The notes beneath the pieces were generated by a model that worked only from the letters and a program-made list of their open reading frames with translations, made no database searches and was not told the origin of the DNA. From positions 35,064-99,063 of the forward strand of contig MCFE01000305.1 of NCBI GenBank assembly GCA_002104905.1: 64,000 nucleotides of DNA, in the 5' to 3' direction. The stretch is from Basidiobolus meristosporus CBS 931.73 (Eukaryota > Fungi > Basidiobolomycota). Shown in pieces: positions 14,501 to 26,295 of this stretch (positions are counted from its first letter, which is position 1; the number at the start of each line of letters is the position of its first letter). The translations under genes were made by a program, and so were the position numbers.

Positions 14501-14842
14501 ATATTAGAGAGATATATTGGAAGTGAATTGGAGAATTAGAAGATTTACATGATATTCACTTGATGTTTTATTGAGTTGCAACACAGTATTTATACTTATT
14601 GCAGAACTACGTAAATGCAACTATTTGGTCATTATTAGGGGAGTCTCAGGAGTACATGTGCCAAGTTTCGGCTCATTTGGACAAGTTTCAGATTTTCCTA
14701 AAATTCTGTACTTCTCTAATTCCTAATAATTAGTAAATATCTTACAAACTAATTTTCATGTTGATAATCTAAAATATATCATTTCACTAAGTGCTAGTTC
14801 ATAATATATTAATAATTAGGTGGACTCCTAATGATTTCAACA
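11542..14842 (-). mobile_element. Non-autonomous Copia-derived LTR element (family C) with intact termini and non-coding interior
   Basis: Two 349-bp LTRs (11542-11890 and 14494-14842) differ at 4 positions by manual comparison. TSD is ATAAC (11537-11541 and 14843-14847). On the minus strand the PBS is GGTTATGAGCCCC (adjacent to 14493) and the PPT is TGAGTGGGAG (11891-11900). No ORF over 81 aa lies inside. Confidence 0.93.
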
Positions 14843-15219
14843 ATAACTTTTGAACTGGCCAATCAAATCACGCAAAATATTCACAGGCACTGCACCTATG
14901 TCTGATCTAGGCCACTGCAAGATTGTAGCTTTGCATCACATGTATTGCTTGCACAATCACCTAAAAACTTTGATCCTTCAGAGTTTTCATATATATGACT
15001 TCCCCAGCTGAAAAATACAAGAGAACCTCTCTTTCCAGAATCTCCACACTACAATTACAAATATAAAAGCTATAAGACTTCCCCTGCATTACTTGCACTG
15101 TTGAGTATTCTGACTTTGACTGATACTACATCAGTAAAGAGACTGCAAAGCTCACAAGAATACAATCTAAGTTCTACAAGAAAACTGCCACTTTTGTGTT
15201 GGAAAAGTCCCCTCTAACA

Positions 15220-15360
15220 AACCCCTTTACTTTAAAGACACCCCTTTACACACCCCTTTAGAAACCCCTGTACTCTAAAGACACCCCTTTAGAGACCCCT
15301 TTACTCTAATGAAGCCCCTTTAGAGACTTCTGCACCACAACCCTTTAGGTTAAAGGGGAG
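15220..15360. repeat. Cluster of CCCCTTTA(G/C) motifs ending in one inverted TAAAGGGG copy
   Basis: About 9 imperfect, irregularly spaced copies are visible in the sequence. Confidence 0.75.
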
Positions 15361-15470
15361 TTCATGATTTCTATATTAGGAAATATTTTCTCAGAGAGGA
15401 AAGTGACTCCCAAATAAGGAAAAGTTATTATAAAAGTTCATTAGCCCATTAGCTGACAGAAGATCAGATC

Positions 15471-18400
15471 TGTTGTAAAAATTTGTAATTCCACCTAAAT
15501 ATTCACCTAACTCAGTCACTTAGATCAGTACCCTCACATTCTAGAGAATACTGACCAAATTCCTTGTAGGGATTTACTTGGAATATTTTCACCAAAATAC
15601 CAGGTACCCTGAACATGAAAATTCTTAAAGTTGTCTAAACAGCCCTAAACTTTGCACACATGTTCTTGGGACCTTCCTTAACCTATTCTATGTGCTTGTA
15701 ATGCCAAGACCAGGTAAAAGTATAAATACTACTTTTATATTCAATAAATCATTAAGTGAAAACCACATAATCTACTTGTTCTCCCAATCACTTTCAATAT
15801 CTCCAAGACTCTTACAACAAGTGAGAAGCACCAAGCTGTCACTCTCTGCAATGTCCACTACTGCTATTGCTGGAATTTTTCCCTCTGCTGAAAAGTTGGA
15901 TGGACCTAACTTCCAAGTGTGTAAGGTGAAGATGAAGATGCTGCTACAAGAAAGAGACCTTTGGGATATTGTCATTGGAGAAGAATGCACTCCTAAAAAC
16001 GTGGGAGAGGAAGCCTTAAAGTACCAGAAGAAAGAACAAAGAGCCTTTAACTGTATTTGCTTTAATGTTAAGGACAAATTGCTAATTCAATGCTCAAGAG
16101 CAAAAACTGCAAAGAATGCCTGGATGGCATTAGAAGTCACCAACCAGTCATGTTCAGCTGCTAAGAAAATGTAGCTGAGACAAAAATTCCTTACTACAAA
16201 GAAGCAGCCAGGAGAAGAAATGAGAAATCAAATTAACAGAATTACCCTGCTGGTAGATGAAATGGAATGTGAGGGCATGCTAATCACTGATAGGATGTGA
16301 TAGTTACCATCCTGAATAGCCTGACAGATGAGTTTCAGGGCCTTGTATCAGCCCTAGAGTCCAGAACTGAAGGCTTGACCTTAAATTACGTATATGGAAG
16401 GCTCCTAGATGAAGAATTAAGAAAACCAAGTGCCAATAAGAAGGAAGAAGAAAATGCTTTAATAAGCAATGATAACCAACAAAGGAGGTACCCAGGACCC
16501 TACAAAAGCAACAGCAACCTGTCTTGCAGCTACTGCAAAAGGAAAGGACACACATCAGACTGGTGCTTCAAAACAAAAGATAGTCAGCAGAAAAAGCCTG
16601 AATATGGAAATGCTGCAACAGCTGAAGATAGACTATTCATATCTGCACTAAATATGACTACAAACAAGGATTCTCAGATGTGGTATATTGACTCTGGAGC
16701 ATCTCAACACTCTACACACTAAAAAGAACTTTTTACCCAATATCAAGAAATTCCAATTAAGAAGGTTTTCATGGGTTACAAAAGAACACTTGATGCAGTG
16801 GGAGAAGGAACTATCCAAGTAACTCTTAGAAGCAGTGAAGGAAGCCATACACTGACCTTTAAAGAAGTACACTATGTACCAGAAATAGCCAAGAACCTCC
16901 TATTTATAAGCAAGGTCACTGTAGAAGGACTCAGTTTCATCTTTGACAATCTGGATGCAAGATCACTCATCAAAATTGTGCCCATATTGCTTTGGGTATC
17001 AGAGACCAGAATCAGTACAAGTTGACTTATATTCCATCCTTTTTGGAAGCTAATATAAGTAACTTAAATGAAAAACCACCAATGCTTTGGCACAGGAGAT
17101 TTGGGCACATCAATTTTGCTTATTTGTGCAAAATGATCAAAGATCAGCTAATTTCTGGAGTATAAATTGATCCCCCAGCTAATTTGGAGCACTGTGAAGC
17201 CTGCATATATGGGAAACAAGCCAGACAACTGTTCAGGAGCTCTGTGTAGATCAAAACTAAGAAAAAATTAGATCTAATTCTCTCAGATCTGTGTGGACCT
17301 TTGCAAACTTTAACCTTAGGCAAGATGAAGTATTTAATCACTTTTATTGATGATTATACAAGATACACATGGGTCTACTTCATGGAGAGAAAGGAAGAAG
17401 CTCTGTCTAAGTTCAGGGAGCTTAAAGCCATGGTGGAGAGAGCAACTGGTGAAAAAATCAAGAAAATACACTCTAACAATGGTGGAGAATATACCTCAAA
17501 GCTCTTCATCCACTTCTGCAAAATTCATAGGATAAAGCAAGAGACCAATGTACCATACTCCCCACAGTAAAACGGAGTAGCAGAGTGTGCTAACAGATCA
17601 ATAATTGATATGGCAAGATCTATGATCCATGATCAAAAATTATACTATGATTTTTGGGTGGAATCAGTTGTTACTGCTGTATATCTTAAAAATAGGAGTT
17701 ATAGCAGAATACTTGCTGGTTCTACTCTATTTGAAGAATGGTATGGATACAGACCAAGTGCAGAAAATCTAAGAATATTTGGGTGTACAGCATATGCCAA
17801 AAAACTGCCCAAAAATCAGCCAAAATTTGAGCCAAAAAGTGCAAAATGCATATTTTGGACTACTGCAATGAGAGTAAAGCATACAGACTCTACAATACCA
17901 AAGCAAAGAAGCTAATCAAGTCAAGGGATGTGCCGTTTGATGAAAATTCAAAACTTTTACAAAAAATGACATCAGATGATGACGGATTTTTGATCTCAAG
18001 TCCACCTATTGTCAGAATTGAGTCAGAGCAGAACAATGAGAATTTTTCCTCTCCAGAGGACTCTACAACCATGGTGCAGCCAGAATCAGTACCCTGGAAT
18101 ATCCCAGAAGTGATCATTCCAGTATCAAATACCCAGAGATCAAATTGGACAAGGCATAGCCCAAATTACTATATCAATGAGGGTACAAACTTAGCATATG
18201 CCTATTCAGTCCATATTGATGAGCCCCAGACACTAAAAGAGTCCCTAAATAGCCCTCAGACAAAGTTTTGGAGATCTGCAATGACTGAAGAATGTCAGGC
18301 CCTGATGGAAAATCAAACTTGGGACTTAGTTGAATTACCAATCAACCAAAAATTAATTGGATGCAGATGGATCTTCAACACAAAATGCAAGGCTGATGGT

Positions 18401-20341
18401 ACAATTGAAAGATATAAAGCAAGACTTGTGGCCAAGGGATACTCTCAAGCAAAAGGACTTGACTATACTGAGACCTTTGGACCGGTAGCCAAGTTTAATT
18501 CCATCAGATTAATATTGGCTATTGCAGTCAATTATAACTTGTTTATTTGCCAAATGGATGTAAAACTGCTTTTTTGAATGGAGAACTTGATGAGGACATG
18601 TATATGGACCAGCCTGATGGGTTTGTTGATCAATATAACCCCCATCTGGTCTGCAAGATTAAAAAGTTACTATATGGTCTCAAACAATCACCAAAAGCCT
18701 GGAATTGCAATATAGATTCTTATTTGGAATCCTTGAGTCTCAAAAGGAGAAATGCTGATCATAATAAATATTATAAGCCAGATAGAGCAAATCCAGCTCT
18801 ATTAGCTCTATATGTGGATGATCTTATTATAGCCACTGATAACCTAGAAACATAGGAAGAGACTAAATCCAACCTATCTAAGGAGTTCAAGATGTCCAAT
18901 CTAGGAGAACTCAGTTACTATGTGGGGAATAAGTTCTCTATAGACAGAAGTACCCAGACTATTACCCTAAGCCAATCCAAGTATATTCAAGATATACTAA
19001 AGAAGTACCAAATGGAAGACTGTAAACTGGCAGCTACCTCAATGGAGACAAACCTTAAATTGGTCAAAACTCTTCCAAATCAAGAAAGCTTGGTGCCATC
19101 TGAAAGCCCTGACTTTCCTTATCAGTATGTGATTAGCAGTGTGATATATATCATGCTTGAAACACGTCCAGATATCTCATATCCAGTGGGAGCTGTCAGC
19201 CAACATAATCAGAACTATGGATCTGATCATATTGCAGCAGTTAAGCAGATTTTTAGATACCTAAAAGGAACTGCTGATATCTGCTTAAGATACACTTATA
19301 AGGATTCAGAACAGGATCTTGTTGGATACTCTGATGCCAATTGAGACAAAATTTAGAAGACAGAAGATCCACCACAGGATACACATTTCTTTACTGTAAA
19401 GGAGCAACCAACCATAGCACTTTCCACCACAGAGGCAGAGTATATGGCAGCCTGTGAAGCTACAAATGAAACAATGTGGCTAACAAAACTTTTTACAGAT
19501 TTAGGCCTATGTCAAAAAATGCCTATTACTTTATTTTAAGATAATCCAGGATGTATACAATTAGGTAGAAATCCAACTTTTCAAGCTAGAACCAAGCACA
19601 TAGATATTAGATATCATTTCATATGTGAAGCTATAGAGAATAACTTAGTTAGCTTAGCTTACTGTCCTACAGATGAAATGATTGCAGACATATTTTCCAA
19701 ACCATTAGCTAGAGACAAGTTTGAGTATCTTATGTCAAATTTAGGACTGGTCATTATGAGCATTTAGCTCAGTGGGAGTGTTGTAAAAATTTGTAATTTC
19801 ACCTAAATATTCACCTAACTTAGTCACTTAGATTATTACCATCAAATCCTAGAGAATACTGACCAAATTCCTTGTTGGGATTTACTTGGAATATTTTCAC
19901 CAAAATACCAGGTACCCTGAACATGAAAATTCTCAAAGTTCTCCAAACAGCCTCAAACTTTGCACACATGTTCTTGGGACCTTCCTTAACCTATTCTATG
20001 TGCTTGTAATGCCAAGACCAGGTAAAAAGACTTGTTCCATCATTCCAGCTGATCAGAGTGCCCAATAGTGCCATAGCATGCCAGATGGTGCTTGATCATG
20101 CCTCAGAGTGCCAGATGGTGCCATACAGTGCCAATTTGAGATCAAAATTGACATGCATATGACCTTAAAATATCAGATTAATAACAAAGTATACAGCTTT
20201 CTATGGCACTATAGTCAATGGCACAATGGAATAAGTCTAAAGTGTAAATATTACTTTTACATTCAGTAAAACATTAAGTGAAAACCACATAATCCACTTG
20301 TTCTCCCAATCACTTCCAATATCTCCAAGACTCTTACAACA
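15471..20341 (+). mobile_element. Ty1/Copia LTR retrotransposon (family B), near full length, pseudogenised
   Basis: 5' LTR is 15471-15819. Gag includes CSYCKRKGHTSDWC, followed by protease WYIDSGASQH, integrase (WHRRFGH, DLCGP, NNGGEY), RT (YKARLVAKG, LYVDDL) and RNase H (ARTKHIDIRYH). PPT AGTGGGAG precedes the 3' LTR at 19779-20341, which is interrupted by a MITE. There are many stops and frameshifts. The flanks (AGATC / GGTTT) do not form a TSD. Confidence 0.95.
20028..20238. mobile_element. Putative MITE inserted in a Copia LTR
   Basis: TIRs AGACTTGTTCCAT / ATGGAATAAGTCT (1 mismatch). An AAA duplication is seen relative to uninterrupted LTR copies (GGTAAAAG). Subterminal GTGCCA motifs lie on the left and TGGCAC motifs on the right. 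Confidence 0.75.
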
Positions 20342-21200
20342 GGTTTTGTGCTGAGCTTGAAAGAAGCTTTCTGATTGGTGAGGTTTCTTCAGGCAAAAGT
20401 AGAATCTGCTTAGCTAACTGAAATGCAGGCAGTGAACTCATAGCTTTCACAGTAGGATTGTTTTCAATCCTTCTCACCAGGTCTTCTGGTAGTGCTCTGA
20501 GAAGGTGGGCAGATAAAGGGAGATCAGTAATAACTCCTTGGGCTTTCAGTGGCTCTCCAATTTTCTCAAGGCCACTCAAGTATTCTTTCAATGGTAGCAG
20601 CTTATACTTGCTATGAGCAAAGTTCTCCAAGTCTTTAAGTGTGTAGTCAACTTGTCTCTCTTAATATTCATCAATCAAGTAGCTCTTCAAGAGGGTCCAA
20701 TTTGTCAGCAGATCATTTTTTTATATGATGAGAGCATGATCTTATCAGTGCTGTAAGGGGGCATCTCTTCAGCCATAATGGTCTCAGATAGCTTGTGGGC
20801 TCTGCAGAAAAGCTCCCACCTCTTGATGAAAGCTTTAACTCTAGCTCCATCAAAGAAAGGGGTTCCTTGCATTCCTGGTAAAGGTAGACCCATGGTCTTG
20901 ATATTTATTCTTTCTTAAGTCTTCTAGGGGCAGTTCAGTCAAAGCCCCCACATTGGGTGCCAAATATGTGGTGGTGTAGAGGTACTCCTGGGAGAAACTA
21001 TACAACTCAAGGTGTGTGAGGTGTCTGATGGGTGCAATAACCTCTGTGTCTAAACTGCTGGTGTCTTTGTCAATATGTCACTATGGTAAAAGCTCCTGCT
21101 TCTCTAGCTTCCTAGGTGCTCCAAGTGTCTCCAAAGGCCTCTGTGTGTCTTGAGCACTACCCTGAAAAGCTCCTTGAGGGCAGGTCTGAGATGTACTGTT
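20342..21200 (-). mobile_element. Remnant of a Ty3/Gypsy-like element: LTR end, tRNA-Lys-type PBS, gag fragments
   Basis: On the minus strand the LTR ends ...CCACCACA at 20967. It is followed after 4 nt by TGGCACCCAATGTGGGGGC, the canonical tRNA-Lys PBS TGGCGCCCAACGTGGGGC with both CpGs mutated. Gag-like ORFs 20705..20893 (PFFDGARVKAFIKRWELFC) and 20334..20630 follow. The right boundary is approximate. Confidence 0.7.
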
Positions 21201-21229
21201 GAAGGCAGGTGCAATGATCAACTGCTAAT

Positions 21230-22200
21230 CAATAAGGTAGAAGTGTTACTGATAGAAGGAAAGAGTTTTCAAAGAAAGGCAATTTGTCTACCACAGCCTC
21301 AGCATCTTCTATTGTAGACAGAGTCCAGTTCCACTGACAGACAAGGTATCAATGTCAAGAAATCAGCTATCACATTTTCTACAGCAAAATTTCATAATGT
21401 CAATAGGCACACCAAGAGGTTGAACACTTCTCCAATAACAGTGCTCAAGAAAATGCACTTTTATATTGCAAGGATTTATTGCAATGACTGACAGATGATA
21501 TGCTAGAGCTTGCAGTGCTAGCTGAAGACCAGGATGCATGAGAGGTAGTGAATTAAAAATGACATAAAGCCATGGGGTCCCTGGCAAAGTCATGCAAAAA
21601 GGGTGTTACAGCAGAAGTGCTTATTGAATAGTGGATTTAAATGGAGGTACTTGTTGAGTGTGAGGCAGGGTTTAATGTTAGTGTTGGTTGTGGGGACTTG
21701 TATAGGTCAGTACAACAGGCTATCAAGTTACAACTGAAGATTCAACAGAAATGCATCAATTGGTATGCATGAAAAGTAAGGGCATTGGTCAAGTCAGGAA
21801 GTAAGGAGTGTGAAAAAGAATCAATAGCCAGTTAATGTACACAAATGTAGGTGGTGATTGAGGGTCTGGGATCAGCAAGTGAGAGAATTGGCAGCAAGCC
21901 AATCAAAGCCACATATATATTGTTGTGATGAAAATCTTTGACCAAGTTTTTTGTGAAATCTGAGGTGCAACTTTTCTAGTAGTCTTTAGACTTGTTCTGT
22001 TGGATAGTGTCACATTGAGCCATGAGTGCCAAATAATGTTGTAGTGTGCCAGAGAGGCCAAGTGAGCCTATATGGCTCAATGTGGCACTATCCAACAGAA
22101 CAAGTTTTTTGCACAGTATTCTCAAGGTCCCAATACCTCTTTGTTGTGGGATGCAAATCTTGTGACAGCTTTTGACAGGTTGATGACAATTATTTTTCAC
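21230..22200. repeat. Family X dispersed repeat copy
   Basis: 21230-21960 aligns by eye with 9420-10130. 21960-22200 aligns with the reverse complement of about 230-350 once the MITE is removed. Confidence 0.7.
21988..22107. mobile_element. Second, shorter MITE of the AGACTTGTTC family (near-perfect hairpin)
   Basis: 34-bp inverted arms ACTTGTTCTGTTGGATAGTG(T/C)CACATTGAGCCAT. TTT flanks both sides (21985-21987 and 22108-22110). Internal GTGCC motifs are present. Confidence 0.75.
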
Positions 22201-24480
22201 AAGGGTCCTGGCAAAACAAACTTGTGTGCAGAGCTTGGGGCTACTTAGATATCTTATTCACTTCTAATGTTCTGAGTATCTGATACTATGGTGGAAATAT
22301 TCATATAATTCCAGTATGGTATTAGGCAGAGTTCTCTAAGATCTGTAGACTGATCTAAGTGAACAAGTTAGATGAGTAATCAGGTGTATTTTCAGAACTT
22401 ACAACAAAAAAAACAATTGGTAGACTGCATGGAGCTAAAGATGGGGATCCTTGTTATGGCTACATGCACTAGCATTACCTCTTGCAAAGCACTCAACACA
22501 TTAAGCCGCAATCCATAATAGCAGGGCCTCAGAAGTATATTTAGCAAAAACTGAGCAACCCAACCTTTCTTTTGGTAAGCTTGATTGGCTAACTGGTATG
22601 TTGGGAATGGAGCACCATCCATTACCAAAGAAGAGAATTTGACAGGAAGAATTTTGACAAGCTCTATATAATATAACAGGGTTTAGTTTAGCTAACCAAG
22701 GCTAGTGTTTTCAAAAGTCCTATTAGTAGAAGATTTCAGAATATCAAAAGTCTGACCAAGTAAAGAAACTCATGTTAAAGAGCACAATGTTGATAGTTCT
22801 GGTGCTGGTGCTATTGGTTCAATAAGCCTAGGGTAAATAGGTAAATGTTGTGACCCTTATAAGAGTTGTTGCATCCATATCTACAGGAGGTATCCTCTCA
22901 GCTCAGAATCTCAAGAGAAGTATTGCAGTTGTTTCTACATTCTTCCTCTTGCTACTGTTGGGATCAAAAAGGAAGTTCCACACTTCAGAGCTTGCAGCAC
23001 AAAGCTCAAGATCTGGGCACTTGAACTAGGCAGTAACATTGCACTAGGTAGAGCACTCAGTGACCAGTACATGCTCTAGTTTACATCTCATTTGGAGCAA
23101 AATTTAGGGATTTGATACCAATATAGTATAATAGGAAAAACATTGACTCAGTGTTGTTGAGAATACCATGGGAACTTTGATTACACATCACTTTTTATAA
23201 AACCCAACAGATCATGTGATACTGTCGCAGGTGCTGTGTGAATGTTTGATTTGAGCACCCGCAGAATATTAACTTTGCATTACATTCACTGTATGAGCAA
23301 TTGCCCAAAAACTTTGATCCTTCCAGAATTGCATATTCATGATTGACACAAGAAACTTCAAGTGGAAGTTGGCATACCAGCAGGATCCATCTGAAGGCCC
23401 AGATTCCCCAAACCAGTCCATGGTGAGTGGGTGAGTGCCTGGTGTGCTTACAACCTGGTCCTATATTGCCTATTAAGTGGGAATGATCTACCTGCAGAAC
23501 TGAGGTTTGAATAGGCCATCTTGCAGTGGTTTGGTGTACATAGGGATACTTGAGCGGGGCTGCTGATGCCTGAATGAAGCATCATCATACAGAATCAAAA
23601 CATGGACCCATGCATGGGGAGGGTATTGGTGAACAGGTGGGCCAGTGTGGACACTGCCATGAAAACAACCATTTATCACAGTGCACCAGTAGTACATGGT
23701 ATGCCACCCAAATCCCGCCTCCTCCCCCGGAAAAGTATACATCTCATCCGGGTCCGAAACTTGACAAGCGTTGTCTGGCACTCCGGCCGTGACCGTTGGG
23801 GAGTTTTGCTGGGGTCCGGCTTGAAAGTGTTCCACGGATACTCTGCACTGGGGTCAGTACCAAGATCGGCTGATCGGCACGAAGGGAGCCTTCTGGGTGA
23901 CATCGGAGATGGCCAGTGGGTGTGTTGCTTGCCTATATGGGAGAAAATAAACGCACTTGGGGCAGGGAAGGGGAAGGGAGGAAGGGGCATTCTTGAGGTG
24001 TACGGTCGCCCATCCTGGATTCCACCTGATCGCGGCTGAAGGCCCCAAAGAACCGTGTTCCTTGGCCCTCCGGTGATCCATTACTCCAACGCTCTCCCTG
24101 GCCCGTAAACAAACCACCCACTGGGAACGGGCACTCCATGGCATCCATTTACCGTCGACCTCCACCCTCCTCGGGCTCACTTTTTACACGGGATTTATTG
24201 GGATTGGCGGTTGGGTAGGGAATGGACGGTGATTATATTACACATGGTGGCGGGGGCGGGGAGGGGGGGTAGAATGGGCTGGAGCTGGAGCTGGAGCTGG
24301 ATGGCTGTATTACTGATATGAGGACGAGCGGCGGGCTAGAGCAACAAGATGCGGTACGAAGTGGGGTGGGGGAGGACTGGGTGAAGATGAGGGTCGACTC
24401 AGGCCGGCCAAATGATTATCAAGGTATTGGGATGGGAATGGGTGCGGGGGCGGGGGGCGGGTGCCGGAAGGGGATCGAAG

Positions 24481-25869
24481 TCACTCGGAATGCCCGTATG
24501 GGTCCACTGTCATGCTATTCCGGCTCATCTCCTCGTTGCTCACCACCACGATGGCCGGAGAGGTGGTGACGTGTTTCACGCCCCTCCCCTCGGCGGCCAG
24601 CTCCCGTCGCAGCAGCTCGTCGCTGTAGAGACTTCGGGGGTTGGTTTGAGGCGGCTCCTCCCCGTTCAGGCTGTTGTTGCTGAGCATGGCGCGGTAGGTG
24701 TGGGCCAGCTGCTGGGCGTCCTTCACGGTGAGTCGTAGGGAGCTGCGTCGGTTGGTGGATGAGGAGCCGGTCAAGGGGGTGATGGAATTCTCAGAGCTCT
24801 CGCTCAGCAGGGTGGCCGTGGTGACGGGTCGGGAGTTGAATCGATCGGTGGGAAGGGGCGGCTCGGACCGGGGGCCTTTCGTCTCCGTCATCCTCATCGG
24901 GCACCTTTCTCTTCGTCGGCGATGGATCAAGAGGAGGATGGCCACCAGGGAGATCAACGAGACCGCCCCCACGGTGATCCCCACGATGGCCCCGACCGAG
25001 ATGCTCGAGTTGGCGGAGTCCCCTTGCCCCGCGGGGGTTGGAACCGCCTTGGAACTGGTTGGTCCGTTGGTGCCTATCGGGGCGCTCAGTGGGGTCCGGC
25101 TAGGCTGCGAGATGGGTGGGTTGTAATCTGGGCATCTGGTGAATACGGGGATGGTGGAGGAGAGGGAGGAGAGGGGAGGAAACCGACTTACCGTCCACAA
25201 AGAAGGGGTCACTCTGACCAGCAATACTCTCGTCGGAACCGGTGGCGAAGATGACCAGGTAGCAGGTACGCACGACGGTGGTGTTCGCCCGGGATGGGTC
25301 CGGAGGGAAGATGGGGTATTGCGGGGGGTAATTCTTCACCGTGAAGAACCCTTGATCGTTGGTGATGCTGGGCCACTCTTTGACCAGGTTGGGAGGGGTG
25401 GTGGCCTCGTACAACTTGATGGTCACCAAACCGTTGGCTAACAACGTGGGGTACTTGTTCCACCACCTGATGAAGTACTCGTTATTCGCCAGCCACCGGT
25501 CCCCTTGCTTGGGCAGGCAGTAGATACTGGGGCCACACGGGGCGGTCAGCTGGCTGACTGGCGAGGGAGTGAATGGGTTAGCGTCGGGTTGGGATGCAGG
25601 CGAGTTGTAGTCTGAGGTCCTTACCATCCGCTGGGCCTACCGTGATATTTCGCTTGGGGACGGCAGCTTGGGAGAGAGTTCGAGTGACGTGGTAAAGGAG
25701 TATGGAGAAACAAGTAAGCAGTAGTCGCAGTTGCATCGTGGTTCGAGGTATAAATTAACCGTGGGGAGGGTAGAGAAACGACGGAAGGCTTTGGGGCGAC
25801 AAAGATAAAGGTGGCTATCCACGCGAAAACTGGCGGTGGTACAAGTGCGAAGACGAGATGGACAAACAC
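24481..25869 (-). CDS. Single-pass type I membrane protein with Ser/Thr/Pro-rich stalk (multi-exon; start and exon structure uncertain)
   Basis: ORFs 25100..25627 and 24481..25224 are joined by a probable intron near 25135-25190. The TM segment SVGAIVGITVGAVSLISLVAILLLI is followed by HRRRRER. A hydrophobic N-terminus lies in 25621..25869. Confidence 0.6.
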
Positions 25870-26196
25870 GGACCCTGAACCGACCCAGCTAACAACGCCC
25901 CATCACGGTCAACCCTAACCCACGGTCTCACCTCCATCAAACCCACCTCACCCTGACCACTTCCCGAGAAACGGCCAATATGCTGACAACATTTGTCTGG
26001 GAAACAATGGGGAAGTGGGCGGATTGCGGTTGATCGGGCTCAGGAGAACCCTCCGTTTCGCAATCGATAATAGGGGATTCTCTAAGCCATCCTGGTCTCT
26101 TGAACAATCCAACTTTGGCTGCATCCCAATTTAGAACGGCCCTCACAATCAGGGGTAATTGGTGTTGAAATGGCAATTTCTGCGTATCGTAGCGTA

Positions 26197-26295
26197 TTGT
26201 GGTATGTGGTATGTGGTATGTGTATGTGTATGTGTATGTGGTATGTGGTATGTGGTATGTGGTGTACGGCATGTAGTATGCGGTATGCGGTATGC
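26197..26295. repeat. Compound microsatellite (TATGTGG)n/(TATGTG)n/(TATGCGG)n
   Basis: Directly visible tandem repeats. Confidence 0.9.

Noticed and set aside
15692-15845. ORFs apparently starting inside LTR-B (MLVMPRPGKSINTTF..., repeated at 49485, 51293 and 56014)
   Set aside because: These are translations of LTR R/U5 sequence repeated in each copy. The likely gag start is the MSTTAI ATG after the PBS.
22990-23480. Minus-strand TGGTATCAAA (iMet-like PBS) near 23110 suggesting another LTR element
   Set aside because: No clear LTR boundary, partner LTR or coding motif could be identified.
23488-24180. Overlapping GC-rich ORFs at the TE/gene boundary
   Set aside because: No recognisable domain or consistent splice structure; cannot be supported as a gene.
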